Assembly: GCA_013416795.1 (NCBI GenBank)
Contig: RQSC01000032.1
Span: 350,271-396,936 of the forward strand
DNA length: 46,666 nucleotides
Direction: 5' to 3'
From: Prasinococcaceae sp. CCMP 1430
Taxonomy: Eukaryota > Plantae > Prasinodermophyta
Shown here: piece after piece, positions 1 to 9,553 of the stretch
Layout of the letters: every line of letters starts with the position of its first letter
Position numbering within the stretch: the first letter of the stretch is position 1
Notes under the pieces: generated by a model
The model's input: only the letters and a program-made list of their open reading frames with translations
What the model was told of the DNA's origin: nothing
Databases searched by the model: none
Translations under genes and position numbers: made by a program

Positions 1-57
1 CTGCGCGCGCCCGCCGCCGCCGCGCGCGCGCGCGCGCGCGCGCCAAATTCCGAGCGC

Positions 58-125
58 TTTCCCGCCGAAAGCGCGCGCGCCATCAGAACGCATCCCCGCG
101 CCGCCGGGCCGAATTTTGGCGGGAA
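58..125. promoter_or_regulatory. Cluster of E2F-like sites
   Basis: TTTCCCGCC at 58-66 and TTTTGGCGGGAA at 114-125 match the TTTSSCGC E2F consensus. Function is inferred. Confidence 0.35.
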
Positions 126-154
126 GGCGGCGGAGGCGAGCGGAGCGGACCGCC

Positions 155-246
155 TCTTTTTCTTTTTTCCCCTTTTCCTTTTCCTTTTCCTTTTCCTTTC
201 TTTTTCTTTTTCTTTTTCTTTTTTGCTCCGTTTTCTCCTTTTTTTC
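155..246 (+). repeat. Polypyrimidine low-complexity tract of TTTTCC/TTTTTC units
   Basis: Directly visible tandem hexamer-like T/C run. Confidence 0.85.
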
Positions 247-829
247 CCGGCGGGGCGGGCGCCGCTGCCACGCTGGCGCCGAAAAGGGCGAGCCCAGCCC
301 GCGGATCCGGCGCCCCGCCCGTGCGCGCCGCCGAGACGCGAGCGCTCGCGTTACTTGTGTGCGAGCTTGCAGAACGGCGCGGCGCCGCGCCGCGCGCCCG
401 CGCGCGCGGCCGAGATACGGGGGGCAATCGCGCCCGATCTACCCCCCCGGCCGCCTTTGCGGTTCGAATCGTACCCAAACCTCATCCCACCCGCTCCCCC
501 CACGATAAATATTCACCTTGACGTATGCAATGCGTTGAGTCAGACCCTTTTTTTGCACATGAGCGTTGACGGGAGATCGATGGGACCGCAGGAGTCGGCC
601 CTGCTGCTGGGCCGCAGATTTTTTTTCCGGTTGGGGGATCTTTCCGGTTCCGGTTTCGGCGCGGGCGGGGCCGCGCGGGGCGCGTTTCGGCGGATGGGGG
701 GAAAGGGCGGAAGCGGCGCGCTTTCGCGGGGCGCGGTTTCGGGAGGCGACAGGCGGGCGCACGCGCGCGCGCGCGCGCGCGGGTGTTGAGGGCAGGCCGG
801 GGGTGGGGGGACGCAGGGGGGCAGGGAAN

Positions 830-3800
830 GCGCTGCGCGTTCCCGACGCGGAGCGCGACGGCGAGGTGCTGGCGCACTGGCGGTCGCTCGCGCCGCACGC
901 GCGGCGCGGGCTGGCGACGGTGCGGCGCAAGGCGCTCCTGGAGCGCGTGCGCACCACCTCGTGCTCGCGATGCTACGGGCTCGCTGTCGCCGTGCTCGAC
1001 GTGCGAGAGGTCGCCGCGCACGACGGGCGCGAGGAGGACGGGCCAGTGCCTGTGGGGACGCCGCCGGTCGAGGCGGGCGCCGCCGCCGCGGAGGCGCCCG
1101 AGCAGAACGACGCCGAGGAGATCGAGCTGCTGTCAGAGTCCCGAGCGGCGTGGGATGTGCTCAGCCTCGAGGGTGACAGCGAGGCGCGCCTCGCCGAGAG
1201 GCACGTGCAGGACGGCGCGCTCACAGTGGTGGATGCGTGGCGGAAGCGGCGCGTCGCGCGGCAGCGACACTACGCCGAGTTTGGCGACGTGTGTGGCGGC
1301 GACTGGGTGCGACTCAAGGCGGGCGCCAAGGTGTGCTCGCTGCACTCGCGGCGCATGTCCTGCGAGGCGCTGCACAGGCACTGGGAGGCGCTGCCGGCGG
1401 CCGATCGCGCGGGGCTCTTGCGCATGGCCGAGGAGGACTTCGTGGAGCGTCTCGACCACCACCTGCGCCAAAACATCTGCAGCGACTGCCGTGGCAACGT
1501 CACGCGAGCCTTCAAGGAGGTCAAGGACCTGCGGCGGTTGCCGGGCGGCTGCCGCTGCAACGAGTGGTTCTGCGCGCCGGACCAGGGCGCGGCGTTCTCG
1601 TACGAGTTCACGGAGACGTCGGTGAGCGCCAGCTGGGACAAGCACGTCGCCGATCCCACGCGCTACGAATGGCAGTTCGCTGTGGGGACGCTGCCCGGTG
1701 CGGCGGACGTCGTGCCCTTCGGGCCGACTGCCGAAGGTGGTAAGTCCACCAGGGTGGACGTGGACGGCCTCTCCCTGACGAAGCGGCATTACTGCCTGAC
1801 GGTGCGCGGCACCGGACCCGCAGGCAAGACTGTCAGCCTGCAGGGGCGTGCCACGCTCATGGACGAGGAGCTGTGCGTGCACCAGTACGTGCGCGTGGGG
1901 GAAGGGGAGGTGCGGCTCGACATTGGCGAGTCTGCGATGGACACTTTCCAGCGCGCAGAGGAGGTGCTGGAAGAGATCGAAGAGGAGGAAGCCTTCGAGC
2001 CTGAGGACCGGAAGCGCATGCACGCCGAGACACCCGAGTTGGCGCGGGAAACGCTGGCAGATGCGGCGGCCCTCATTTTCACTGAGCGGATACAGAACAC
2101 GCTCTGCGAGAGGTGCGCGCAGGACAACGCGGCGGGCTTGCTGGCCGGGGCGGCCATCGAGCTCGTCGAGGAGCGCGTGTGGGTGGCGGCGCGAGACGCC
2201 AAGTGCGAGGCGCTGCAAGCGGAGCTGCTGGCCGAGGAGGAGAGCGAGGCCGTGGCGAAGTCACGAAAGCAGGCCAAGAAGAAGGCCAAGAAGGAGCGGG
2301 CGAAGGAGCGCGCCGCCGCCGCCGCGGCTGCAGCAGCAGCGGCCACAGAAGCCGGGCCCGAGTCCGCATCGAAGGCGCAGGTGAGCAATTCGAATGTGGA
2401 CAAGGTCGAAGAGGCCCCCTCGCCGCCGGCTGCCGCCAACGCCGCCGCAGCGTCAACGTCGACGTCGACGTCGTCCTCTTCCGAGGATGACGTCGATAGC
2501 AAAGAGGACGACACGGCATTCGCGATCGCCCTGGCGCCCACCCTCGAGCCTTCCCCGCCGGTCGCAAGCGTGGAGGCAGCGAATGAGCTCGCGCTTCTGG
2601 AGAAACTCGCGGCGCTCAAGGAGAACGATCCGACCGGAGGCGAGTGGGAACAGCAGGGCACGCGCGGCAAGAAGAATGGCAAGAAGAAATCGAAGAATAA
2701 GGGTGCACGGGATCGGGCGATTCCAGCGCCCGCTGCTCATGCGGTGCCGAAGGGCGTGCCGGCATCAGCGCCTGCGCGGGATGGCGCGCCAGCGCCTGCT
2801 GTGTTCCCGAACCCGAAACCCAACAAGACGCAGACGCAATGGCAGGCGCAAGGAGCGCATTCCCTGGGCCAGCAACAGCAGCAGCTGCAACAGCAGCGAC
2901 AGCAGCCGCAGCGACAGCAGCATCGACAGCAGCAACCGCGAAAGCAACAGCAAGTGTCCTCACAGCGGGTGCAACATCAGGTACCGCCCCAGAAGGTGCC
3001 ACAAAGTGCGTCGACGCAGCCGCGCGGGGTGGCGGGCGCGTTGCCGCCACATGAGTCGATGCATCGCAACTCGGCACCGCTGGGCGCGCCATCGATGTGG
3101 ATGCAAGGACAAAACGGCTCTCTGCTCTCCCACCAGACAACGGCGCAGCCCCAGCAGCAGCCCATGCTTCAGCCAGCGTACCCGCGGCCTCAGAGGGCGC
3201 AGCAGCAGCACCAGCAACGGCAACACCATCAACATCGGCCAATGCAGCCAGTGCAGCAACCGTACGATGCGCCAGTACCTCCGCACAGCAGTGTCGGCAA
3301 TGCGACGGCTACTGCGCAGACGGCGCCTCAGGCACCTTTGCAGCCCGCTTCGTACGTGTTGACTGCGGCGCCGGTGTCTGTTGCAAACGGACTCGCGCAG
3401 CCGAGGGTGCAGCAGCAACCGGCGGCACCGATGGGCTCGACCTCGCCTTCGCATGCGCCGTGGACCTCGTCGCCGGTGAAGTCGTCGGTCTCGCCGAAGC
3501 CAGGGGTGTTTGCGCCGCCAAATGGCTTTGCGGCCAAAGGTGGCAACGCACAGCCGGCGCCGGGATCGGCCAGTGCGGGTGCCTTTTCGCTGTTTGGCGG
3601 CAGTCTCTCCCTGTTCCAAGGCCTCGCCGTGAGCGACGCGGCACCGGCGCCGCCGAATGTGTCGGCTGTTCCCCAAAGACTACCCGTGCCCGCGCCGACG
3701 GTCCTTTCGGCCGCGGCGGCACCCATGATGGCGCCTGCACCCGCGCAGATGGCCGCTGCGCCTGCGCAGATGGGCTCGCTCGTTCAGCACCCCCAGGGCT

Positions 3801-3850
3801 CTGCAGTGTCTTCGAGTTCGTCCTACAGCCTCTTTGGAAACTCTCAGTAG
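830..3850 (+). CDS. GGNBP2-like / Arabidopsis At3g58050-like protein with Gln/Pro-rich C-terminus; 5' end uncertain (N at 829)
   Basis: Motifs CSRCYGL, CSLHSRRMSCEAL..W..L....R..LLRM.EEDFVERL, ICSDCRGNVTRAFKEVKDL, C..WFC and HAETPELARE.L.DAA..IF match the conserved blocks I recall for this family. A KKKAKKER coiled coil follows, and TGTAA lies at 4039. Confidence 0.75.
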   Translation, partial: ALRVPDAERDGEVLAHWRSLAPHARRGLATVRRKALLERVRTTSCSRCYGLAVAVLDVREVAAHDGREEDGPVPVGTPPVEAGAAAAEAPEQNDAEEIELLSESRAAWDVLSLEGDSEARLAERHVQDGALTVVDAWRKRRVARQRHYAEFGDVCGGDWVRLKAGAKVCSLHSRRMSCEALHRHWEALPAADRAGLLRMAEEDFVERLDHHLRQNICSDCRGNVTRAFKEVKDLRRLPGGCRCNEWFCAPDQGAAFSYEFTETSVSASWDKHVADPTRYEWQFAVGTLPGAADVVPFGPTAEGGKSTRVDVDGLSLTKRHYCLTVRGTGPAGKTVSLQGRATLMDEELCVHQYVRVGEGEVRLDIGESAMDTFQRAEEVLEEIEEEEAFEPEDRKRMHAETPELARETLADAAALIFTERIQNTLCERCAQDNAAGLLAGAAIELVEERVWVAARDAKCEALQAELLAEEESEAVAKSRKQAKKKAKKERAKERAAAAAAAAAAATEAGPESASKAQVSNSNVDKVEEAPSPPAAANAAAASTSTSTSSSSEDDVDSKEDDTAFAIALAPTLEPSPPVASVEAANELALLEKLAALKENDPTGGEWEQQGTRGKKNGKKKSKNKGARDRAIPAPAAHAVPKGVPASAPARDGAPAPAVFPNPKPNKTQTQWQAQGAHSLGQQQQQLQQQRQQPQRQQHRQQQPRKQQQVSSQRVQHQVPPQKVPQSASTQPRGVAGALPPHESMHRNSAPLGAPSMWMQGQNGSLLSHQTTAQPQQQPMLQPAYPRPQRAQQQHQQRQHHQHRPMQPVQQPYDAPVPPHSSVGNATATAQTAPQAPLQPASYVLTAAPVSVANGLAQPRVQQQPAAPMGSTSPSHAPWTSSPVKSSVSPKPGVFAPPNGFAAKGGNAQPAPGSASAGAFSLFGGSLSLFQGLAVSDAAPAPPNVSAVPQRLPVPAPTVLSAAAAPMMAPAPAQMAAAPAQMGSLVQHPQGSAVSSSSSYSLFGNSQ

Positions 3851-4141
3851 TTGCGTACCGGAGCAGAGGCTTCTCAATCAACGGAGCTGATTACCTTGAC
3901 CGCACAGCAGTCCAACTCCCGGGACTTCGCATTGGACCCTCGCGAGCGCTCGCGAGCGTGCCTCCCATGCGCAGCCCGACGCGGCAGGGCCCATTACGCC
4001 CTTGGCCGTGAGAGAGCGCAATGCATCATGTGTCGGAGTGTAATGAAGCTGGCGCTCGGGCGCGAATTCGACGTAGTCCGGAAATGTCTATTCGGGGCGT
4101 TACATAAAGGGCGAGCGCAAAGCTCAATTGTGTCGGCCCCG

Positions 4142-6142
4142 TCACGGCGCGTCACCGCCGCTTTCACCACTGCAGAAGCTTGCGTACGCGCCGCAGCTGT
4201 CGCAAACATCCTCGCAGCAGTCGCCGTACACGTCACAATCCGGGTCGCAGTGGCATGTGCCACCACCTGGGATTTGAACCGCCGCAAGCGATTCGCATTT
4301 TCCGGCACACATCCCCTCCCCGCCACTCTCGGCAGGACGGACGTCCCCCGCGCCGTGCGCGCTGCTCTGTCCTTGATTTGCGCGGGCCTCGCCAGTTTGT
4401 GCATCGAACGGGGGCGTGTGCGGACTGTTTGCAAAGCTTCCAGAGCTTGTAGGGTCGTCGTCGGAGCCGGCGGCACGTGTGCTGACGGTCGTGCCCACGG
4501 CATCGTTCGCACCGCCGCATCGCGCGCCTGTTGTCTCCTCCAGGCACCATCGGAGCGTGTCCGCATGCTGCGACATTGTTTCGGCGGTGCTGCTCGAGAA
4601 CTCCAGCGCGCCCCTGACCGTCGGCCACATCGTGGTGACGTCGCTCGACCCGGGGAGGGAATGTGCAGCACCCCAAAGGTGGCCGAGCTCATGCGCGACG
4701 AGATCAGCCTGAAGCGTGGGCGTTGCGAGCCTGCGCACCGCCGCGAACTTGCCTTGGGAGGCGCACATGCCGCCAACCCAAGCAAGTCCAACCGCTCCGC
4801 TCGCAGCTGCCACTGCGGAGTCGGGGCCTGAACCTGCTGCCTTGTGTCCTGCTGCTTCGCTGCTCTCGTCGTGATCGTCCTCATGCCTCCCAGTGAAGAG
4901 CAAGACCGCGTCGATCTCCTCGGCTGAGCCCATGCCTGCTGCTGCCGACACCGCCTGCGACAGGGGAGTGAGCGTGGCGCCATGGTTGGCGTCAGGAGCG
5001 CCGGCGGCACTTGGCGTCGATGCTTTGAGCGCGTCGAATTCCCAGCTGTCGCGGAGTGCCAGCAGCAGAGACGATCCGCCACCGGCGCCACTGCCTGCGT
5101 CATCGCTGCCCGCGGTGTCGGGAGACGAGCCGTGCACTGCATGGCCCGTGCCAAAGTCAGCCTTGGCGCCGACCGCACCATCAAGCCGGGTCGCGTGTGC
5201 CGGCAGATCGGCGACGTTGAGGAGGCGCACGCTGCCTTCTGCGGCGTACTCGACGGAAGATGACTTGGTAGCGTCACTCAAGCGCGTTGGATCGTCCTTT
5301 GCCGCATCGGCGCCTGAGGCAGCTGCGCCCTCAGCGTCCGCTCCCCGCACAGTGACTGCGGCAATCTCATGGACGAGGCCGACTGGCGCAAACACACCGT
5401 TGGCAGCACGCACTGCCTCGCGCGCATACGCCTCCGCGGCCGCTACCGAGCCTCCGAAGTCACGCACGAATGCCGCATCGAGGTCGATCCCGATGCGGGC
5501 GACGCGGCAGGACCCGCCGTCGCTTGGTGTGGCGGCCGGCTGCTGCTCGCCGGTGCTGCGCGGGGACTCGGTGCCCCTCGACTCATCGTTGGTTGTCGAA
5601 GAGCCCTCGCCCCCGTCGTTCGCGGGAGCAGGAGACGGGGCCTGCGCGGCTTTCGCATCGCCAAGTGTTTCTATTGACGGCGGAGATGGTGGTGGAGACG
5701 CTCTGTCGCTGTGGCCCTGTCCTTGATGCTTGAGCTGCTGCCTTTGGTGTGCGGCGGCCCCTGAAGTCTTGTCACCGTGGCCGCTGCCACCATCATGGAG
5801 TTGTGAAGCCTCCTCCTCGGCCACGACCATGGCGACGATCTCTTCGAGGTCCGCGCTCTCGACGCTTTGCAGTGAGCGAAGGGAGTGTAGGGACGGCTGC
5901 GCCAGCAGGCCGCGCGACTGCGGTGGCGGAGGAGGCATTGCGCGCGCGGCATCGGCGCCGACGGATGACGCCGCGAGCACGGCCGCGGCGAGCGCCACGC
6001 CGCCGCCGCTCGACGTACGGCGGAGGCTGCCACTTCGCGACAGCCTCCCCCCGCTGCTCTCGATGCTGCACGTACGGCTGAGAGGAGGCAACGGCGCATC
6101 GTCTCCCGCGTCCGAAGGGGGGGAGGATGAGAACGGGATCAT
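4142..6142 (-). CDS. M12B (reprolysin/ADAM-like) zinc metallopeptidase with C-terminal somatomedin-B-like domain
   Basis: GLAWVGGMC, zinc motif HELGHLWGAAH, Met-turn TTMWP, and C-terminal CAGKC...CHCDPDCDVYGDCCEDVCDSC (SMB cysteine pattern). Start codon uncertain. Confidence 0.8.
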   Translation of the reverse strand: MIPFSSSPPSDAGDDAPLPPLSRTCSIESSGGRLSRSGSLRRTSSGGGVALAAAVLAASSVGADAARAMPPPPPQSRGLLAQPSLHSLRSLQSVESADLEEIVAMVVAEEEASQLHDGGSGHGDKTSGAAAHQRQQLKHQGQGHSDRASPPPSPPSIETLGDAKAAQAPSPAPANDGGEGSSTTNDESRGTESPRSTGEQQPAATPSDGGSCRVARIGIDLDAAFVRDFGGSVAAAEAYAREAVRAANGVFAPVGLVHEIAAVTVRGADAEGAAASGADAAKDDPTRLSDATKSSSVEYAAEGSVRLLNVADLPAHATRLDGAVGAKADFGTGHAVHGSSPDTAGSDDAGSGAGGGSSLLLALRDSWEFDALKASTPSAAGAPDANHGATLTPLSQAVSAAAGMGSAEEIDAVLLFTGRHEDDHDESSEAAGHKAAGSGPDSAVAAASGAVGLAWVGGMCASQGKFAAVRRLATPTLQADLVAHELGHLWGAAHSLPGSSDVTTMWPTVRGALEFSSSTAETMSQHADTLRWCLEETTGARCGGANDAVGTTVSTRAAGSDDDPTSSGSFANSPHTPPFDAQTGEARANQGQSSAHGAGDVRPAESGGEGMCAGKCESLAAVQIPGGGTCHCDPDCDVYGDCCEDVCDSCGAYASFCSGESGGDAP

Positions 6143-6418
6143 GCCGAGCGGCGTGCCTCACGTCGCGCCTCGGCTCTCCTGTGCGCCTGCGTCCGCAAGA
6201 ACTAGCCACCGCGCGAGCACTGCGCTGCGTCGCGCGCTGCATGTGGCACGCACCCGTCGCGCTGAGCGCCTCCAGCGGCCGGCGCCCTCGCGCGCGAGGC
6301 CCGCGTACCATCGCACACAGTAAACCTCCTCCATCATGTCGGCCCCCACGCACCGACCCCGTCCCGGCCGGCGCCAGGTGGCGCGCGCGCGCGCGCCGCG
6401 CTCGCGCACGCGCTCGCN

Positions 6419-6833
6419 CATTTTCATATTGTAATGTAATTCCATCTTGAAAAAAGAAGGAATTCGTTGTTTGAATTGAAATTGATTGAATCTCAGAAAA
6501 TGGGATTTCAATATCAATTCGACGGTTTTTCCCAGGAAATCCCCAACGTACAATGCGAACTGTTTTTGTTGCCTTATTATATTCATTATAACCAGCACCA
6601 ACATTCCAAAAAATGGAACATATTAAATAGATACAAGTATACAAAGCAATATACCCATATAGTCCCATGACTGCTTTTTGTGAAAAAGCAATTTCAAGTT
6701 CACTAGTTGTTGGAAAAGGGTTTGATTGAACAAAACCTAGACCACCAATAAATAAGATTACCGCCCAAAAATAATTATCAGTTTTGCGGGTCCCAATAAT
6801 CCAATCTCTACGAATTTCGATTTGTTCAGCCAT
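6419..6833 (-). CDS. ycf4: Photosystem I assembly protein Ycf4, 3'-truncated at N6418
   Basis: IIGTRKTDNYFWAVILFIGGLGF, VMGLYG, WNVGAGYNEYNK and IVRWGFPGKNRRI are Ycf4 signatures. The C-terminal region is missing. Confidence 0.93.
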
Positions 6834-6866
6834 GCTAAATAAGTGTTTTAATTAAGTACAAAGATT

Positions 6867-7760
6867 TTATACTGAAAGCTTTTCTTTTACCGGTAAGGTG
6901 TACATTTCAAAAATTTCTGCTAATGCCTGTTTTATTAGTAAACGAGGAATAATTAAATCAACTAGACCATGTTGTAATAAATATTCAGCAGTTTGGAAAT
7001 TTTTTGGTAATTGTTCTTGAAGTGTTTGTTCAATAACACGACGGCCAGCAAAACCAATTAATGCTTTTGGTTCCGCAATGATCATATCCCCTAACATTGC
7101 AAAACTTGCTGTTACCCCACCTGTTGTTGGGTAAGTTAAAATTGGAATATATAAATTCTTTGTTAATTCTTTATGGCGATGTAATGCAGAAGAAATTTTA
7201 GCCATTTGCATTAAACTAAAAATTCCCTCTTGCATGCGTGCTCCCCCTGATGCACAAACAATAACAATAGGTAAATTCTTTTCAGTTGCATATTCAATTA
7301 AACGAGTGATCTTTTCACCCACAACTGATCCCATACTACCTCCCATAAAAGCAAAATCCATTGTGCCTAAAACAAACGTATGACCATTCACTTTTCCTAA
7401 ACCTGTTTGAATAGCATCTTTTAATCCAGTTGTATTTTGTGCATCTACTAAGCGTTCAGCATATGCACGTTTATCTTTAAAGGATAATGGGTCAGTAGGT
7501 GTTAATTCTGTAAATAATGGAATCCATGTTCCTTCGTCAACTAAACATTGAATACGGTCCGTACTATTCATACGTAAATGATAACCACACGTTGTACAGA
7601 CATGTTGATTTTCTTTTAAATGTTTAATATATAAAACACTATTACATGAATCACATTGAGTCCATAAACCTTTACTTCCATCATTTTTTGATTGAAAACG
7701 ACTTTTATTTGTCGATTCCTTAATACGACGTCTATCGTCAAACCAATCTAATAAAGACAT
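6867..7760 (-). CDS. accD: Acetyl-CoA carboxylase carboxyltransferase beta subunit, complete
   Basis: LWTQCDSC...CTTCGYH zinc finger, [39 protein letters not shown] and [10 protein letters not shown]. The 297-aa ORF is intact. Confidence 0.98.
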   Translation of the reverse strand: MSLLDWFDDRRRIKESTNKSRFQSKNDGSKGLWTQCDSCNSVLYIKHLKENQHVCTTCGYHLRMNSTDRIQCLVDEGTWIPLFTELTPTDPLSFKDKRAYAERLVDAQNTTGLKDAIQTGLGKVNGHTFVLGTMDFAFMGGSMGSVVGEKITRLIEYATEKNLPIVIVCASGGARMQEGIFSLMQMAKISSALHRHKELTKNLYIPILTYPTTGGVTASFAMLGDMIIAEPKALIGFAGRRVIEQTLQEQLPKNFQTAEYLLQHGLVDLIIPRLLIKQALAEIFEMYTLPVKEKLSV

Positions 7761-7767
7761 TATTGTA

Positions 7768-7772
7768 CTCCT
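7768..7772 (-). promoter_or_regulatory. Shine-Dalgarno AGGAG for accD
   Basis: AGGAG lies 7 nt upstream of the accD ATG on the minus strand. Confidence 0.7.
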
Positions 7773-8066
7773 TTATTTTATAACAGTAAGAATCTTATAA
7801 TAAAGTTTAATAATATTATAACTTTAAATCCTTATATTGTGTCTAAAATTAGGTGGTGAAGATTATTTGCGCCTTCCGTACCTAAAAATAGTTAGTACTA
7901 ATAATAATACCTGAAATACTCACTAAATATGACAATTTTTATATATTTTTACCGATAAAATTATGTTAACCTTTATAGAGAAGGTTCATGTCTTATTTAT
8001 TCTTTACTGAATTTAAAAATAAGTATACCTGATAAAAAACTTGTTATTTTTCATCTGTACCATTCT

Positions 8067-9552
8067 ATGTATTTAAATTCGTCTAAACAAATTCACCGTT
8101 ATCATTCTTATAAACAGAATTTATTAAGTTCACAACGAAATAGTTTTTTTTGGTTTATTCATGAAAGTTTTTATACTTTATCCTATCAACGTATTTTAAG
8201 AACAAAATATGGTTTTCTTCGCATTTCATTAGCTGGGGGAAATAAAATCCTATGTTTACCGCGTATCACAGCTGATGAAGCATTACGTTGTAATAAAACC
8301 TATGGCTCAATTGCTTATGTTCCTTGTATTATTGATATATTTTTTTATCAACAAAAAAATAATAATTTATTAGGAAGAAAATCAACTAATTTTTCATTAA
8401 CTAACTCGGGACTACCCCACCTAAATAAAACCTTTCATCAAAATGAAATGTTTTTTTATGGAAAACCACTATCATTTGTTTTTCCATTAAAATTTGCTTT
8501 AGTTCCTTTAATGGCAGGTAAAGGGGGTGATTTTATTATCCGAGGAATTCGACGAGTAATCGTAAATCAATTAGTACGTAATCCCGGGGTTTATTATAGT
8601 GTAAAAGTTAATAAAAAAGGATTACGTTTATATACGATTAAATTTTTATTTTTACAACGTTCATGGTTACAAATTTCAACAGATAGAAATTTATGCTTAT
8701 GGGTTGAAATTATCCCACGTAAACAAAAAATTCCAGTTCCATTATTTTTACAAGTTTTGGGGTTTACACAATCAGAGATTGATAAAGCCTTTCCTGGGAA
8801 TAAAGCATTTTTCCGCCCTACTTATAACTATTTACAAAATAAAGGATTTCAAATTAATCAGAATGACAAAGAAATTACATTTCATGAATCATTAAAACAA
8901 TTTGCATTTTTTATGGGATTTTCTGGTAAATTAGGGGCTGTTAAAGCGTATTTCTTAATTAAACAACGCTATATTAGTCCTTTTACTGCATGTTTACTTG
9001 GTAAATTTGGTAGACGAAATTTAAATGATAAATTTGGTCTTGCAAATAATTCAACAGTGAGCATTACACCTGAAGATTTATTATTAGCAATTCGTGAATT
9101 ATTTCTTATTCATCATGGTCAAGCTAGTATTGATAATATTGACCAACTTAAAAATCGTCGTGTTCGTACAGTTGGTGAATTATTAAGTGAACCACTTCAT
9201 GAATTATCACAATTTCAAAAATTAGATAAATTTAATTATAAACGAACTCAACCTCGTAAACGTCAAACAAAGAAAACAACATTACGACCACAAATTGGTT
9301 TTCGAAAGATTTGGCGTAAATTTTTGCTTAAAACTTTAGTAAAACAGGGTGTTGGACTCCAAAATTGGATGAATTCTTTTGTGTTACGAAGTTTATATCC
9401 AGAATGGAGAAAAATTTTTACTTTAAACCCGTTATCGCAATTATTAGATGAAACAAATGCATTAGCCAGTGTTACGCATAAACGCCGTATTAGTTGTTTA
9501 GGTCCAGGAGGGTTAAAACGCGAAACAGCTGGTTTTTCTGTCCGTGATATTC
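8067..9552 (+). CDS. rpoB: Plastid RNA polymerase beta subunit, N-terminal half, truncated at the junction
   Basis: FIIRGIRRVIVNQLVRNPGVYY, IDNIDQLKNRRVRTVGELL and NPLSQLLDETNALASVTHKRRISCLGPGGLKRETAGFSVRDI. It breaks just before the expected H-PSHYGR and runs into GC-rich DNA. Confidence 0.95.
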
Positions 9553-9553
9553 C

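Larger units (their letters stand above)
6419..9552. other. AT-rich plastid-genome segment (NUPT or mis-assembled chloroplast contig)
   Basis: Abrupt switch from very GC-rich to AT-rich sequence at N6418 and back at about 9552. Contains intronless ycf4, accD and rpoB with plastid-like codon usage. Confidence 0.95.

Noticed and set aside
6158-6160. In-frame TGA upstream of the metalloprotease as selenocysteine or readthrough
   Set aside because: There is no redox motif context, no recognisable SECIS, and the upstream peptide is not protein-like.
5793-6833. 346-aa Ycf4 fusion ORF
   Set aside because: It reads through the N junction into unrelated GC-rich DNA, so it is a junction artefact.
7761-8066. 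Small plastid genes (psaI, psaM, psbI) or tRNA in the accD-rpoB spacer
   Set aside because: Manual reading found no matching ORF or cloverleaf.
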